From NCBI GenBank assembly GCA_021582295.1, contig CP091137.1:148970-212969 (forward strand): a stretch of DNA of 64,000 nt. The letters are read 5' to 3'. Of this stretch, positions 20,356-29,375 are shown piece after piece (the stretch's first letter is position 1; each line of letters starts with the position of its first letter). Source of the stretch: Candidatus Thiovulum stygium. GTDB lineage: Bacteria; Campylobacterota; Campylobacteria; Campylobacterales; Thiovulaceae. The notes under the pieces were generated by a model. The model saw only the letters and a list, made by a program, of their open reading frames with translations, did no database searches and was not told where the DNA came from. The translations under genes were made by a program, and so were the position numbers.

Positions 20356-21141
20356 ATGGTTCAAAATAGTCAAAATAAAGTTAAAGAAAAATTAACTCGA
20401 ACTCAAAAAAGAATTATCAAATTATCAATTTTATTTATGATTATTTATGTAATGTTTGGAATCGATAAAATACCTTCAGCTTCTATGTCTAATACTCTTC
20501 TAATAAATGAAATAATATTTATTAAATATTATAGCTATGGTATAACTAATCCCACTTTTCCTTTTTCTGACTTAAAAATTTTACCTTTTTTAAAAGCTAA
20601 ATTAACTAAAGATAAAAGACCAAAACGAGGTGATGTGTTAATAATTAGACGAGGTCAAAATAGATATATTCGTAGATGTATAGCAATAGAAGGAGATTTT
20701 ATTATGCAAAAAGATAAACATGTTTATTTACGACCTATTGATGGTGATACTTATATCTTTGAAAACTTTCATAGAAAAAAATTAATAGAAATTGGTGGTG
20801 CTATTTGGGTTAAAGATCCATTTGAAGATACTTATACAGGTATTTGGCATGATAATGAAGTTAGAAATGATGGCACTGTTGATAAAGCTCTTTTTGATAT
20901 TACTCCAAGACAAATTGAAGGTAATGAATATTTTGTCTTAAGTGATAATCGAGACCATTTTAGTGATAGTCGTTTTTGGGGCAATGTAAAATATAATGAC
21001 ATAGAAGGTTCTATTTCGAGAATTATTTTTAGCATTGATGATAATTATTCGATTAGATGGAATCGAATGTTTAAGACTTTATCTGAAATTGATGAATTAA
21101 TGCTTCAAGAACATAATAATAGCAATAAAAGAAAATTATAA
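20356..21141 (+). CDS. Signal peptidase I paralog with Arg replacing the general-base Lys
   Basis: IPSASM keeps the catalytic Ser. IRRCIAIEGD has Arg (cgt, 20671-20673) where LepB has the catalytic Lys. SDNRDHFSDSRFWG is retained. Confidence 0.8.
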   Translation: MVQNSQNKVKEKLTRTQKRIIKLSILFMIIYVMFGIDKIPSASMSNTLLINEIIFIKYYSYGITNPTFPFSDLKILPFLKAKLTKDKRPKRGDVLIIRRGQNRYIRRCIAIEGDFIMQKDKHVYLRPIDGDTYIFENFHRKKLIEIGGAIWVKDPFEDTYTGIWHDNEVRNDGTVDKALFDITPRQIEGNEYFVLSDNRDHFSDSRFWGNVKYNDIEGSISRIIFSIDDNYSIRWNRMFKTLSEIDELMLQEHNNSNKRKL

Positions 21142-21155
21142 ATAAGTATAAATAT

Positions 21156-22163
21156 ATGGTTAGATTTCCTGATATTGATTTTGTTATTTTTGATCTTGAA
21201 TGGAGTTTTTGGGAAGATAAACAATATATTCTTGAAATTGGAGCAATTAAAAAAAGAAATGGTGAAATTTTAGATAAATTTTATAAGTTGTTAAAGTATA
21301 ATTTGCCAATTCCTGAAAAAATATCTGAATTAACTGGAATAACGAATCAAAATGTAGAAAATGGTGAGCATCGCGAAAATTCTATTTTAGAATTTTTACT
21401 ATTTATTGAAGGTTCTATTTTAGTTTCACACGATATTCAAGGTGATCTTAAAGTGCTAAAAAGTGAAGCTTATCGTCTTGGACTTGAAGTAACAAATACT
21501 ATTTTATGCACTTTAAAACTTTCTCAAAAGATATTTTTAGCTAAAAAATATAATTTATATGCTATTGCACAACTAATCGAAATACCATTTACTGAAAATT
21601 TTCGATCTCATAGAGCTGATAGCGATGCAGAAATGACTTGTAAGCTTTTTAATCAAATTATTAAAGAACTGCCTGAAGAAATTCAAACTATAAAAGATAT
21701 AAAAACTTGGAATGGAGAATATAAAAAATTGTATGACTATAAAATAGTTGGTGAGCCTCATTTTGATGGCAATAAAAATTATCGTGGTTTTTTTGATGGA
21801 GCTTCGTCTGGTAATCCAGGAAAAATGGGCATCGGTTTTGCAATTATCGATGAGGTCGGTAATGCCGTTTATGAAGGTTCGCAATTTATCGGAAAAGGAA
21901 CAAATAATGAAGCCGAATATATGGCTCTTCTTTCACTTTTAAATGTTGCAAAAGTCGGTGGTATCAAAAATATTAAAGTTTTTGGTGATTCTCAACTTGT
22001 TGTAAAACATATTAAAAAAGAATGGAACTTAAATGCAGAAAATTTAAAACCTCTTTATAAAAATGTTGTAAATTTAATACCTAGTTTTAATAATTTTGCT
22101 ATTGAGTGGATCAGGCGAGAAGAGAATACTCTTGCTGATGCACTCTCAAAAAAATCACTTTAA
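21156..22163 (+). CDS. Fusion protein: DEDDh 3'-5' exonuclease (DnaQ-like) plus RNase H
   Basis: N-terminal half: FDLEW (Exo I) and HRADSDAEMT (Exo III, DEDDh). C-terminal half: FFDGASSGNPG, NNEAEYMAL, GDSQLVV and ENTLADALSK, which are RNase HI-type acidic motifs. Confidence 0.8.
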   Translation: MVRFPDIDFVIFDLEWSFWEDKQYILEIGAIKKRNGEILDKFYKLLKYNLPIPEKISELTGITNQNVENGEHRENSILEFLLFIEGSILVSHDIQGDLKVLKSEAYRLGLEVTNTILCTLKLSQKIFLAKKYNLYAIAQLIEIPFTENFRSHRADSDAEMTCKLFNQIIKELPEEIQTIKDIKTWNGEYKKLYDYKIVGEPHFDGNKNYRGFFDGASSGNPGKMGIGFAIIDEVGNAVYEGSQFIGKGTNNEAEYMALLSLLNVAKVGGIKNIKVFGDSQLVVKHIKKEWNLNAENLKPLYKNVVNLIPSFNNFAIEWIRREENTLADALSKKSL

Positions 22164-22200
22164 TTTATAAAATTTTAAAATTTAGAAAGAGAGAAAAAAT

Positions 22201-24156
22201 TTGAGACAAAATCAAAATAATTTTAATGGCAATGGTGGAGATAATAATTTTTTTAATAAAAATCCTCTAATTACTTTTGCTATATTTTCATTGGTTGTTG
22301 TATTTGCTTTTAAAATGATTATTGGCGAAATAGATGGTGGTATTAAACAAGATGAAACTAATGGAGTAAAAACTCATCGAGAAATTAGCTATTCTGAAAT
22401 GAAAGAACTAATAAAAGCTCGTCAAGTTTCTGAAGTTGCAATTGGTCAAACTCGTGTTAAAGCTTTAAGTGTTGAAAATGGAAATAAAGTTATTTATTAT
22501 GCAAAACTTATATCTTATGATGGCACACTTATAAAATTACTCGATGAAAATAATATTAATTATACTGGGTTTGACGAAAGTAACTGGTTTTTAGATATGT
22601 TTGGTTGGCTATTTCCTTTTATGATTATTATGGCTATCTGGATGCTTTTTGCTCAAAAAATGCAAAAAAGTTTCGGTGGTGGAATGCTTGGAATGGGTGG
22701 CGGTAAAAAACTTTTTAGTTCTGAAAAACCAAAAACAAAATTTAGTGATGTTGCAGGAGCAGAAGAGGCTAAAGAAGAGGTTAAAGAAATTGTTGATTTC
22801 TTAAAATTTCCAGCTAGATATATATCTTTAGGTGCAAAAATTCCAAAAGGTGTCTTATTAGTTGGTTCTCCCGGAACAGGTAAAACTCTTCTCGCAAAAG
22901 CTGTTGCAGGTGAAGCTGAAGTTCCATTTTTTTCTGTAACAGGTAGTTCATTTATTGAAATGTTTGTTGGTGTCGGTGCTTCACGAGTTCGAGAAATATT
23001 TGATCATGCCAAAAAAGAAGCTCCAGCTATTATATTTATTGATGAAATTGATGCAATCGGTAAAAGTAGATCAGCTGGTGGAATTCATGGCGGAAATGAT
23101 GAACGAGAACAAACTTTAAATCAACTTCTTGCCGAAATGGACGGATTTAATACAACTTTACCTATTATTGTTCTCGCTGCTACAAATAGACCTGAAATTC
23201 TTGATCCCGCACTTTTAAGACCAGGACGATTCGATCGTCAAGTTCTTGTTGATAAACCAGATTTTAAAGGTCGAGTAGATATATTAAATGTTCATATTAA
23301 AGGCTATAAACTTGATAAAGATATCGATATTAATGAAATAGCTCGTCTAACAGCTGGTTTAGCTGGAGCAGATTTAGCAAATATCGTCAATGAAGCCGCA
23401 CTGTTAGCTGGTCGAAAAAATAAAGATAGTGTTTCTCAAGCTGATTTCAGAGAAAGTGTTGAAAGAGCTATTGCTGGTCTTGAGAAAAAAAGCCGTCGAA
23501 TAAATCCAAAAGAGAAAAAAATTGTTGCTTATCATGAAAGTGGTCATGCTTTATTATCTGAAATAACAGTTGGTGCAAAACGAGTTAATAAAGTATCTAT
23601 AGTTCCAAGAGGTTTAGCCGCTTTGGGTTATACTTTAAATACTCCAGAAGAAAATAAATTTTTAGCTCAAAAACACGAATTAATCGCTGAAATTGATGTT
23701 TTATTAGCAGGTCGAGGTGCTGAAGAGGTATTTTTTGGTGAAGTTTCAACTGGTGCTTCAAATGACCTTGAACGAGCTACTGATATTATAAAAGCTATGG
23801 TTCAGTTTTATGGAATGTCTGATGCAAATATTAATGGTTTAATGGTTCTTGAAAAACAACGAACAACTTTTCTAGGTGGCGGACTTAGTTCAAGTCGAGA
23901 ATTTTCTGAAGAAACAGCTCAAAAAGTTGATCGATTTATTAGAGATACACTTGATGAAAGATATAAAATTATTAAAACACATTTAGAAACTTATAGAAAT
24001 GCTATTGAAAAAATAGTTGAAGCTCTTTATGAAACTGAAACAATTAGTGGTGAAAGAGTTAGAGAAATTATTGCTAATTTTGAACGAGAAAATAATTTAA
24101 AAACACTTTTACAACCTAGAGAGCCATTATCAGAACATCATAGAACTATTGAATAA
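22201..24156 (+). CDS. ftsH: ATP-dependent zinc metalloprotease FtsH
   Basis: Walker A GSPGTGKT, an AAA domain, the zinc site HESGHAL and two N-terminal TM segments. Confidence 0.95.
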   Translation: MRQNQNNFNGNGGDNNFFNKNPLITFAIFSLVVVFAFKMIIGEIDGGIKQDETNGVKTHREISYSEMKELIKARQVSEVAIGQTRVKALSVENGNKVIYYAKLISYDGTLIKLLDENNINYTGFDESNWFLDMFGWLFPFMIIMAIWMLFAQKMQKSFGGGMLGMGGGKKLFSSEKPKTKFSDVAGAEEAKEEVKEIVDFLKFPARYISLGAKIPKGVLLVGSPGTGKTLLAKAVAGEAEVPFFSVTGSSFIEMFVGVGASRVREIFDHAKKEAPAIIFIDEIDAIGKSRSAGGIHGGNDEREQTLNQLLAEMDGFNTTLPIIVLAATNRPEILDPALLRPGRFDRQVLVDKPDFKGRVDILNVHIKGYKLDKDIDINEIARLTAGLAGADLANIVNEAALLAGRKNKDSVSQADFRESVERAIAGLEKKSRRINPKEKKIVAYHESGHALLSEITVGAKRVNKVSIVPRGLAALGYTLNTPEENKFLAQKHELIAEIDVLLAGRGAEEVFFGEVSTGASNDLERATDIIKAMVQFYGMSDANINGLMVLEKQRTTFLGGGLSSSREFSEETAQKVDRFIRDTLDERYKIIKTHLETYRNAIEKIVEALYETETISGERVREIIANFERENNLKTLLQPREPLSEHHRTIE

Positions 24157-24299
24157 TTTCTATTTACATGTTGTAAAATTACAAACAGTTTTTTATTACA
24201 GAAATATTACAAAAATATAAATTTCAAAGTAACAAGAAATCTAATTTTAAGAATATGTGTTATACAATATTCTTAATCAATTCTTTTTCAGGAGAGATA

Positions 24300-25709
24300 A
24301 TGAAAAGTTTAAGAGTTAGCCTAGCAGTGGCTATAGCATTAAGTGGTTCTGCATATGCAGTTGATCTAGCTAACATAAAAGTTAGCGGTCAAGCTACACT
24401 TTACTATCAAACAATGGAAAACAATCCACAAGCACCTTGGTATAAAATACCTAATGTTGTCTTAGACGAAAAAACTCCAACACCTAATCGTATTAATGAT
24501 GATAAAGGTCTTTTCCATAAAGATGCTTCTCTTGCAAATGTTGGCTTAAGTGTTAATTTTAGTGCAGATTTAGGTTATGACTTCTCTTTTGGAGCTAGAT
24601 TAAATGTTCTTGAAACTCTTGGTTTAGAACATAATCTTGTTTCTGGCACAATGCAAGATATTAATGGTTCTACTGATAATGATAATGTTAATGTTAGAAC
24701 TTCAATTCCTGAAGCAAAGGGTCAAGCAAGTTTGCAAAATACCGCAGAAACTGGCAAGGATTTAATGGCTGATGACGAATGGTATTGGGGAGAAGCTTAT
24801 TTAGTTAAAAAAATGGGAAGTTCTCTAATTAAAGCTGGTCGTCAATCACTTGATACACCTTTAGTTTATAGTGAAGATTGGAATGTTTTACCAAATACAT
24901 TTGATGCAGTTGTTGCTATTAATCAATCTGTTCCAAATTTAACTTTAATTGGTGCATATGTTAGCAAAGGCAATTCACATAAAACATTAGGTCAATTTAA
25001 TACTTTAGCAGGTGGATTAGCTGTTGATGGCGCTTATGCTGTTGCTGGAGTTTATGGTGTAGGTCAATTAAAAGCTCAAGCTTGGTATTACACAGTTCCA
25101 ACTGTTGCAGATGCTTTCTGGGCTGATGTTGATACTGATCTTAATGGTGTTAAATTAACTGTACAATTGGCAAGTTTTATGTGGGACTCTGAATTACAAA
25201 AAATTAAAAAAACAGCTTCTCAAAAAGCTGATGATACAATGGCTTATGCTTTAAGAGCTAGTTATAAAGTTGCTCCAACAACAAATCTATGTTTTGCTGT
25301 TTCTCAAACAACTGGTGATCAAAAAAGTCATAATATTGCCAATGTTGGCACAGATGTAAAAACTAAACTTGTTACTGCTACAATTTCTGGTGATGGCGAT
25401 GTTGCTGGTGCAACTGATACAACATCTATGAAATTTACTTTAACTCAAGGTTTTGGTAATGCTAATGAATTTGGATCTGCTTCTCTTTCATATGCTCAAT
25501 ATCAACATGGTATAGATAGCACAAGCTCTTTTAAAGATGAAACAGCATCTGTAATTGAAGCAGTTTATAAACATAAATATCAAGGTGTTGATATGTTAGC
25601 AGCTTATATTTATGATAAAAATGTTAATGGCTGGACAGTTAAAAAAGCTAGTGAAACTGAATCTGAAGCAGCTTCAACAGTTCGAGTTGTCGCAAGATAT
25701 AATTTTTAA
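24300..25709 (+). CDS. Major outer membrane porin (Campylobacter MOMP-like)
   Basis: AGGAGA RBS followed by ATG at 24300. Signal peptide MKSLRVSLAVAIALSGSAYA. Alternating beta-strand pattern; C-terminal ...RVVARYNF. Confidence 0.8.
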   Translation: MKSLRVSLAVAIALSGSAYAVDLANIKVSGQATLYYQTMENNPQAPWYKIPNVVLDEKTPTPNRINDDKGLFHKDASLANVGLSVNFSADLGYDFSFGARLNVLETLGLEHNLVSGTMQDINGSTDNDNVNVRTSIPEAKGQASLQNTAETGKDLMADDEWYWGEAYLVKKMGSSLIKAGRQSLDTPLVYSEDWNVLPNTFDAVVAINQSVPNLTLIGAYVSKGNSHKTLGQFNTLAGGLAVDGAYAVAGVYGVGQLKAQAWYYTVPTVADAFWADVDTDLNGVKLTVQLASFMWDSELQKIKKTASQKADDTMAYALRASYKVAPTTNLCFAVSQTTGDQKSHNIANVGTDVKTKLVTATISGDGDVAGATDTTSMKFTLTQGFGNANEFGSASLSYAQYQHGIDSTSSFKDETASVIEAVYKHKYQGVDMLAAYIYDKNVNGWTVKKASETESEAASTVRVVARYNF

Positions 25710-25727
25710 TATAATTTAGTTTAAATA

Positions 25728-26687
25728 CTAAATCTTTTTTAATACGAAAATGAGATTTTCTAACTCATTTTCGTATCTTTCTTTTGGAACTCCGCTTTTT
25801 TCGATATCTTTTAATAAAATTTTTGCCTCATCAAATTCGCCAAGTTTTACATTTAATTTAAATAAAATTACTTTTCTTGCTATATTTAATTCACGATTAA
25901 CACTAATAAAATTAATTAAATCTTTTGCTCGGTTAAATTGATATAAATTTATAAATATATCTATTGCCTCATCTATTAAAAATTCGTAATCTCCTTTTAA
26001 ATTTTTAATAATTGCATTTTCAATTAATTCAGCAGATGCAAATCGCATATTATAAGTTTTAAAAAGTTCATAGAATTTATTTACCTCATCGAAATTGTTT
26101 AATTTGCGATTCAAACTTCTTATATTTATATTTTTTAAATTTCTTCCTAATCTTAAAGATAAAAGTAAATATTCATTCCAGACTTTTATATTAGTGCTAT
26201 CTTCTTTTAATATAATTATATTATCGTAAGCTTTTGAATATTCTCGAAGAGCCATATAAGAATCATATTTCATAACTAAAACATCACGATTATTTGTTTC
26301 CATATTTTCAAGATATCGAATTACCATTCGCCAACTTTCAGATTTATAAAAGCTTTTTGCTAATTGTAATCTAATATCATCAAGTCTAGTTTTATCCAAT
26401 AAATTATTTATTAAAATCGTATCAAAAATAGAAATAGCCATAGCATCTCGATTTTCTAAAAGATAAATTTTAGCTATAAAATATTTGATGAGGTCGATTT
26501 CAAGTGGATTTAAATTTTTTAAGTCTCTTAAAATAGATTCTAATGAATCTCTACTTTTATGAAACTCTTTTTTAGAAGTTAAATTTTTAGCTTTTTCAAG
26601 TTGTAAATGAATATTTTGTGAAACTGTATAGCTATTTAGATTTTCAATTACAAAAATATAAAAAATTATATATATCCATTTTTGCAT
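25728..26687 (-). CDS. Secreted TPR-like repeat protein
   Basis: N-terminal hydrophobic signal, then helical-repeat-like composition. No specific motif. Confidence 0.5.
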   Translation of the reverse strand: MQKWIYIIFYIFVIENLNSYTVSQNIHLQLEKAKNLTSKKEFHKSRDSLESILRDLKNLNPLEIDLIKYFIAKIYLLENRDAMAISIFDTILINNLLDKTRLDDIRLQLAKSFYKSESWRMVIRYLENMETNNRDVLVMKYDSYMALREYSKAYDNIIILKEDSTNIKVWNEYLLLSLRLGRNLKNINIRSLNRKLNNFDEVNKFYELFKTYNMRFASAELIENAIIKNLKGDYEFLIDEAIDIFINLYQFNRAKDLINFISVNRELNIARKVILFKLNVKLGEFDEAKILLKDIEKSGVPKERYENELENLIFVLKKI

Positions 26688-26705
26688 TTAAATAAATTAT
26701 TTAAT

Positions 26706-27448
26706 TTAAAAAGAGGCTACTATATTTAAGAGTTTTTCAATTTCGATATCAAGAATCTCTTCGTTATATCCTTCAATTCGGAGTTCAACAGTTGGTTTTA
26801 GCGAACCATCTTCAGTAATTATATATTTTGGCAAACTTGAAAGTTCAATATCTTTTGGTAAATTTTTCATCCAATCTATAAAACGATTTTCAGAAAAATT
26901 TACTGTTAAGCTTTTAGAATATCTCTTAATATTATTAATTGGGTAATATTTATCAAGAGCTTCAATAATCATTGGATGAGACATTTCTGGAAAACCTGGA
27001 ACAAAAAAGAATCTTGAATCAATAGAAAATCCACACATCCCATTAATTGGATTATTAAATAATAGTTCTGAATCTTTTGGTAAATATGACATATTTACTC
27101 TATGATTTGAACCATCAATTCCAAAACGAGCATATATTTTTTGACGAAAAATATCATTAAATTCCATTTCTCCATTACGAAAAACATCACCAGCAATATT
27201 TCTTGTTAAATCATCTGGAGTTGAACCAATTCCCCCAAATGAAAAAAATACTGAATCTACTCTATTTTTCAAAAAATGAAAGTGATCTTTAATATCTTGT
27301 TCATTATCTCTAATTATATAAATACCTGATAATTTCCAACCTCTTTTTTGAAGTTCATCTCTTAAAAATTTAAAATGTGCATCTTCACGACGACCAGTTA
27401 AAATTTCTGTGCCAATAATTACTCCAAAAAAGATGGTTTGATTATCAT
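26706..27448 (-). pseudogene. CinA-like / molybdopterin-binding (MoCF_BD) domain protein, 5' end displaced by a -1 frameshift in an A6 run
   Basis: The frame is open upstream of the track ORF (IFFGVIIGTEILTGRREDAHF...GGIGSTPDD) but has no start codon. The ATG at 27448 overlaps the upstream stop as ATGA. It comes into frame if A6 27426-27431 gains one base, giving MIIKPSFFGVIIGTEILTG. Confidence 0.65.
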
Positions 27449-28194
27449 TTTGTGCCTCGTTCTATTTTAAAATTCTCATTATCAATAACTTTTAAATTAT
27501 CATTTGCAAAATATATACCTGCAAATAATACTAAAGAAGCTCCAAATAAAATAGTTTGAACAACTGACAATATTGTTAAAGTTGAAACTTTAGATTTTAA
27601 ATCTTTTGTAACATGTTCTTGTTGATCTTGTAACTCTTTTATTCTTTCCATTGCTTTATTATTTATCGAAACTCCACCTCTAATTTCAATTAGCGATTTT
27701 TTTACAACAGATTCAACTTCTCGTTCTATATTTTTAGCAAATTTATCGTAATTAACTGCTTCTATAATATCTTTCATTCGATGTTCAAGAGCAATTAAAT
27801 TTGAATCAAAAAGCAAAGCTAATTTATCTAATTTATCATCAAATATTTGAGTAATATCTTTAGTAATATCATTTTTAAAACGGTTATGAAAAAGAATCAG
27901 TTCATTATTAATTCTTTCAAGATTGCTAATATCTCGACTAAATTCAGTAACACGAAAATCAAATTGTTCAATTGATTCACGAACACTCTCTTTAGCCACT
28001 TTTTTAAACTCTTCGAGTTCAATTCGCATCAGTTTATGATACTCTTTATTCTCTGATTTAGATAAATCTAGAATATCTTCAAGATTACGAATAACTTCTC
28101 TGTTCGCATATAAAAATGCCCAAATAGGGTCATCTTTATCTACTTTTATATCAAATAATCTAAAAATATCTGCCCTAATTTGTTCAATGTTCAT
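27445..28194 (-). CDS. Coiled-coil protein with C-terminal TM anchor (249 aa)
   Basis: ORF track. Heptad-rich central part and C-terminal hydrophobic segment LTILSVVQTILFGASLVLFAGIYF. Confidence 0.55.
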   Translation of the reverse strand: MNIEQIRADIFRLFDIKVDKDDPIWAFLYANREVIRNLEDILDLSKSENKEYHKLMRIELEEFKKVAKESVRESIEQFDFRVTEFSRDISNLERINNELILFHNRFKNDITKDITQIFDDKLDKLALLFDSNLIALEHRMKDIIEAVNYDKFAKNIEREVESVVKKSLIEIRGGVSINNKAMERIKELQDQQEHVTKDLKSKVSTLTILSVVQTILFGASLVLFAGIYFANDNLKVIDNENFKIERGTK

Positions 28195-28252
28195 ATTATT
28201 TTCTCTCTTATGATCTGTTTGATTAATTGGTGAATTATAAGAATTTATTATG

Positions 28253-28288
28253 CCCCCCCCGATAAATGCCGATATTTCAGGGGGGGGG
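28253..28288. repeat. Inverted homopolymer pair C8 ... G9 (potential 8-bp all-GC hairpin / contingency tract)
   Basis: C8 at 28253-28260 and G9 at 28280-28288, separated by 19 nt. These are the only long G/C runs in the window. Confidence 0.9.
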
Positions 28289-28435
28289 TAGAAGAGGATT
28301 TATTTCTCCTAAACTACTATGATTTTTAAAAGGACTTGCATATTCACTTCTCATTTCGGCAATTGATTTTTTAATGTTTCAGGAGAGATGCCATCATCAA
28401 GACTAAAACTTTTATTAACCATAATATTTTATATA

Positions 28436-29143
28436 TTAAAAGAATCTTGAAAGTTGATCAAAAATATCTTTTTTAAAAATACCAAGTCGTTGAACGGACA
28501 TAGCTCTAAATCTTGTATCACTTTTAATTTCTTCGAAAGAAAGTTTATATTTCAACATGTTTTCAACATCTTTACCAAAGGTATCTTTACTTCGATCACC
28601 TAAAATAACCATACCAAGAATTTTCTCTTTGTTGTTGTTATAGACTTTTGTCTCTTCGAAAGTTTTACCTTCATAAGAAATTGCTCCATAATATAGATTC
28701 TGCCAAACGAAAATATTATTGAAATATTTTGCAAGAACATTTAAACCTTGAAGAGTATCGTTCATACCTTGACCACCTTCAAGAATTGTATGAACAACAA
28801 GAGATTTTCCAGCATCTTGTAACATCCCAATAACCTCATTTTCAACTAAATAGTTAGAAAAAGGAACAAAACTAGAAGCACCATTATCAACAATAATTTG
28901 ATCTGCATCTTCAGTTAAAAAAGCTTCGATTAGAACATCAAGATTTCGTTCGTTAATTTTGCTACCATCCATTAAATCGATTCTTCGAACATTTAAAGCT
29001 TTATATTGCGAAAATGTAGGATTGACACTATCAGTATCAAAAGCAGAAACTTTTTCATATTTAGACATCATATATTGAGTTAATAACGAACTTACGAAAG
29101 TTTTACCAACTCCACCTTTACCTTGTAAAATCAAATGTATCAT
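28436..29143 (-). CDS. ParA/MinD-superfamily P-loop ATPase, IncP TraL-like
   Basis: ILQGKGGVGKT deviant Walker A, YKALNVRR, DNGASSFVP and H..LEGGQ. These resemble RP4 TraL as I recall it. Confidence 0.7.
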   Translation of the reverse strand: MIHLILQGKGGVGKTFVSSLLTQYMMSKYEKVSAFDTDSVNPTFSQYKALNVRRIDLMDGSKINERNLDVLIEAFLTEDADQIIVDNGASSFVPFSNYLVENEVIGMLQDAGKSLVVHTILEGGQGMNDTLQGLNVLAKYFNNIFVWQNLYYGAISYEGKTFEETKVYNNNKEKILGMVILGDRSKDTFGKDVENMLKYKLSFEEIKSDTRFRAMSVQRLGIFKKDIFDQLSRFF

Positions 29144-29375
29144 TTGAAAACCTTTAAATTTTTATTTTCTTGTTGTCAAGTTTATTTTTAATTATAGTCA
29201 AAACATTAACATCAACAATGTTCACTTATTTACTTTAATATTTTACACTATTTAAACTATGCTAAGCTTCAAAAGATAGCTTAAATTAGTTTTTCATCTT
29301 GATAAATATATATCACTATTTAAGATAATGCTATTATACAATCTAAAGTGAATATTTTAAAAAAGGGGTTATAGA

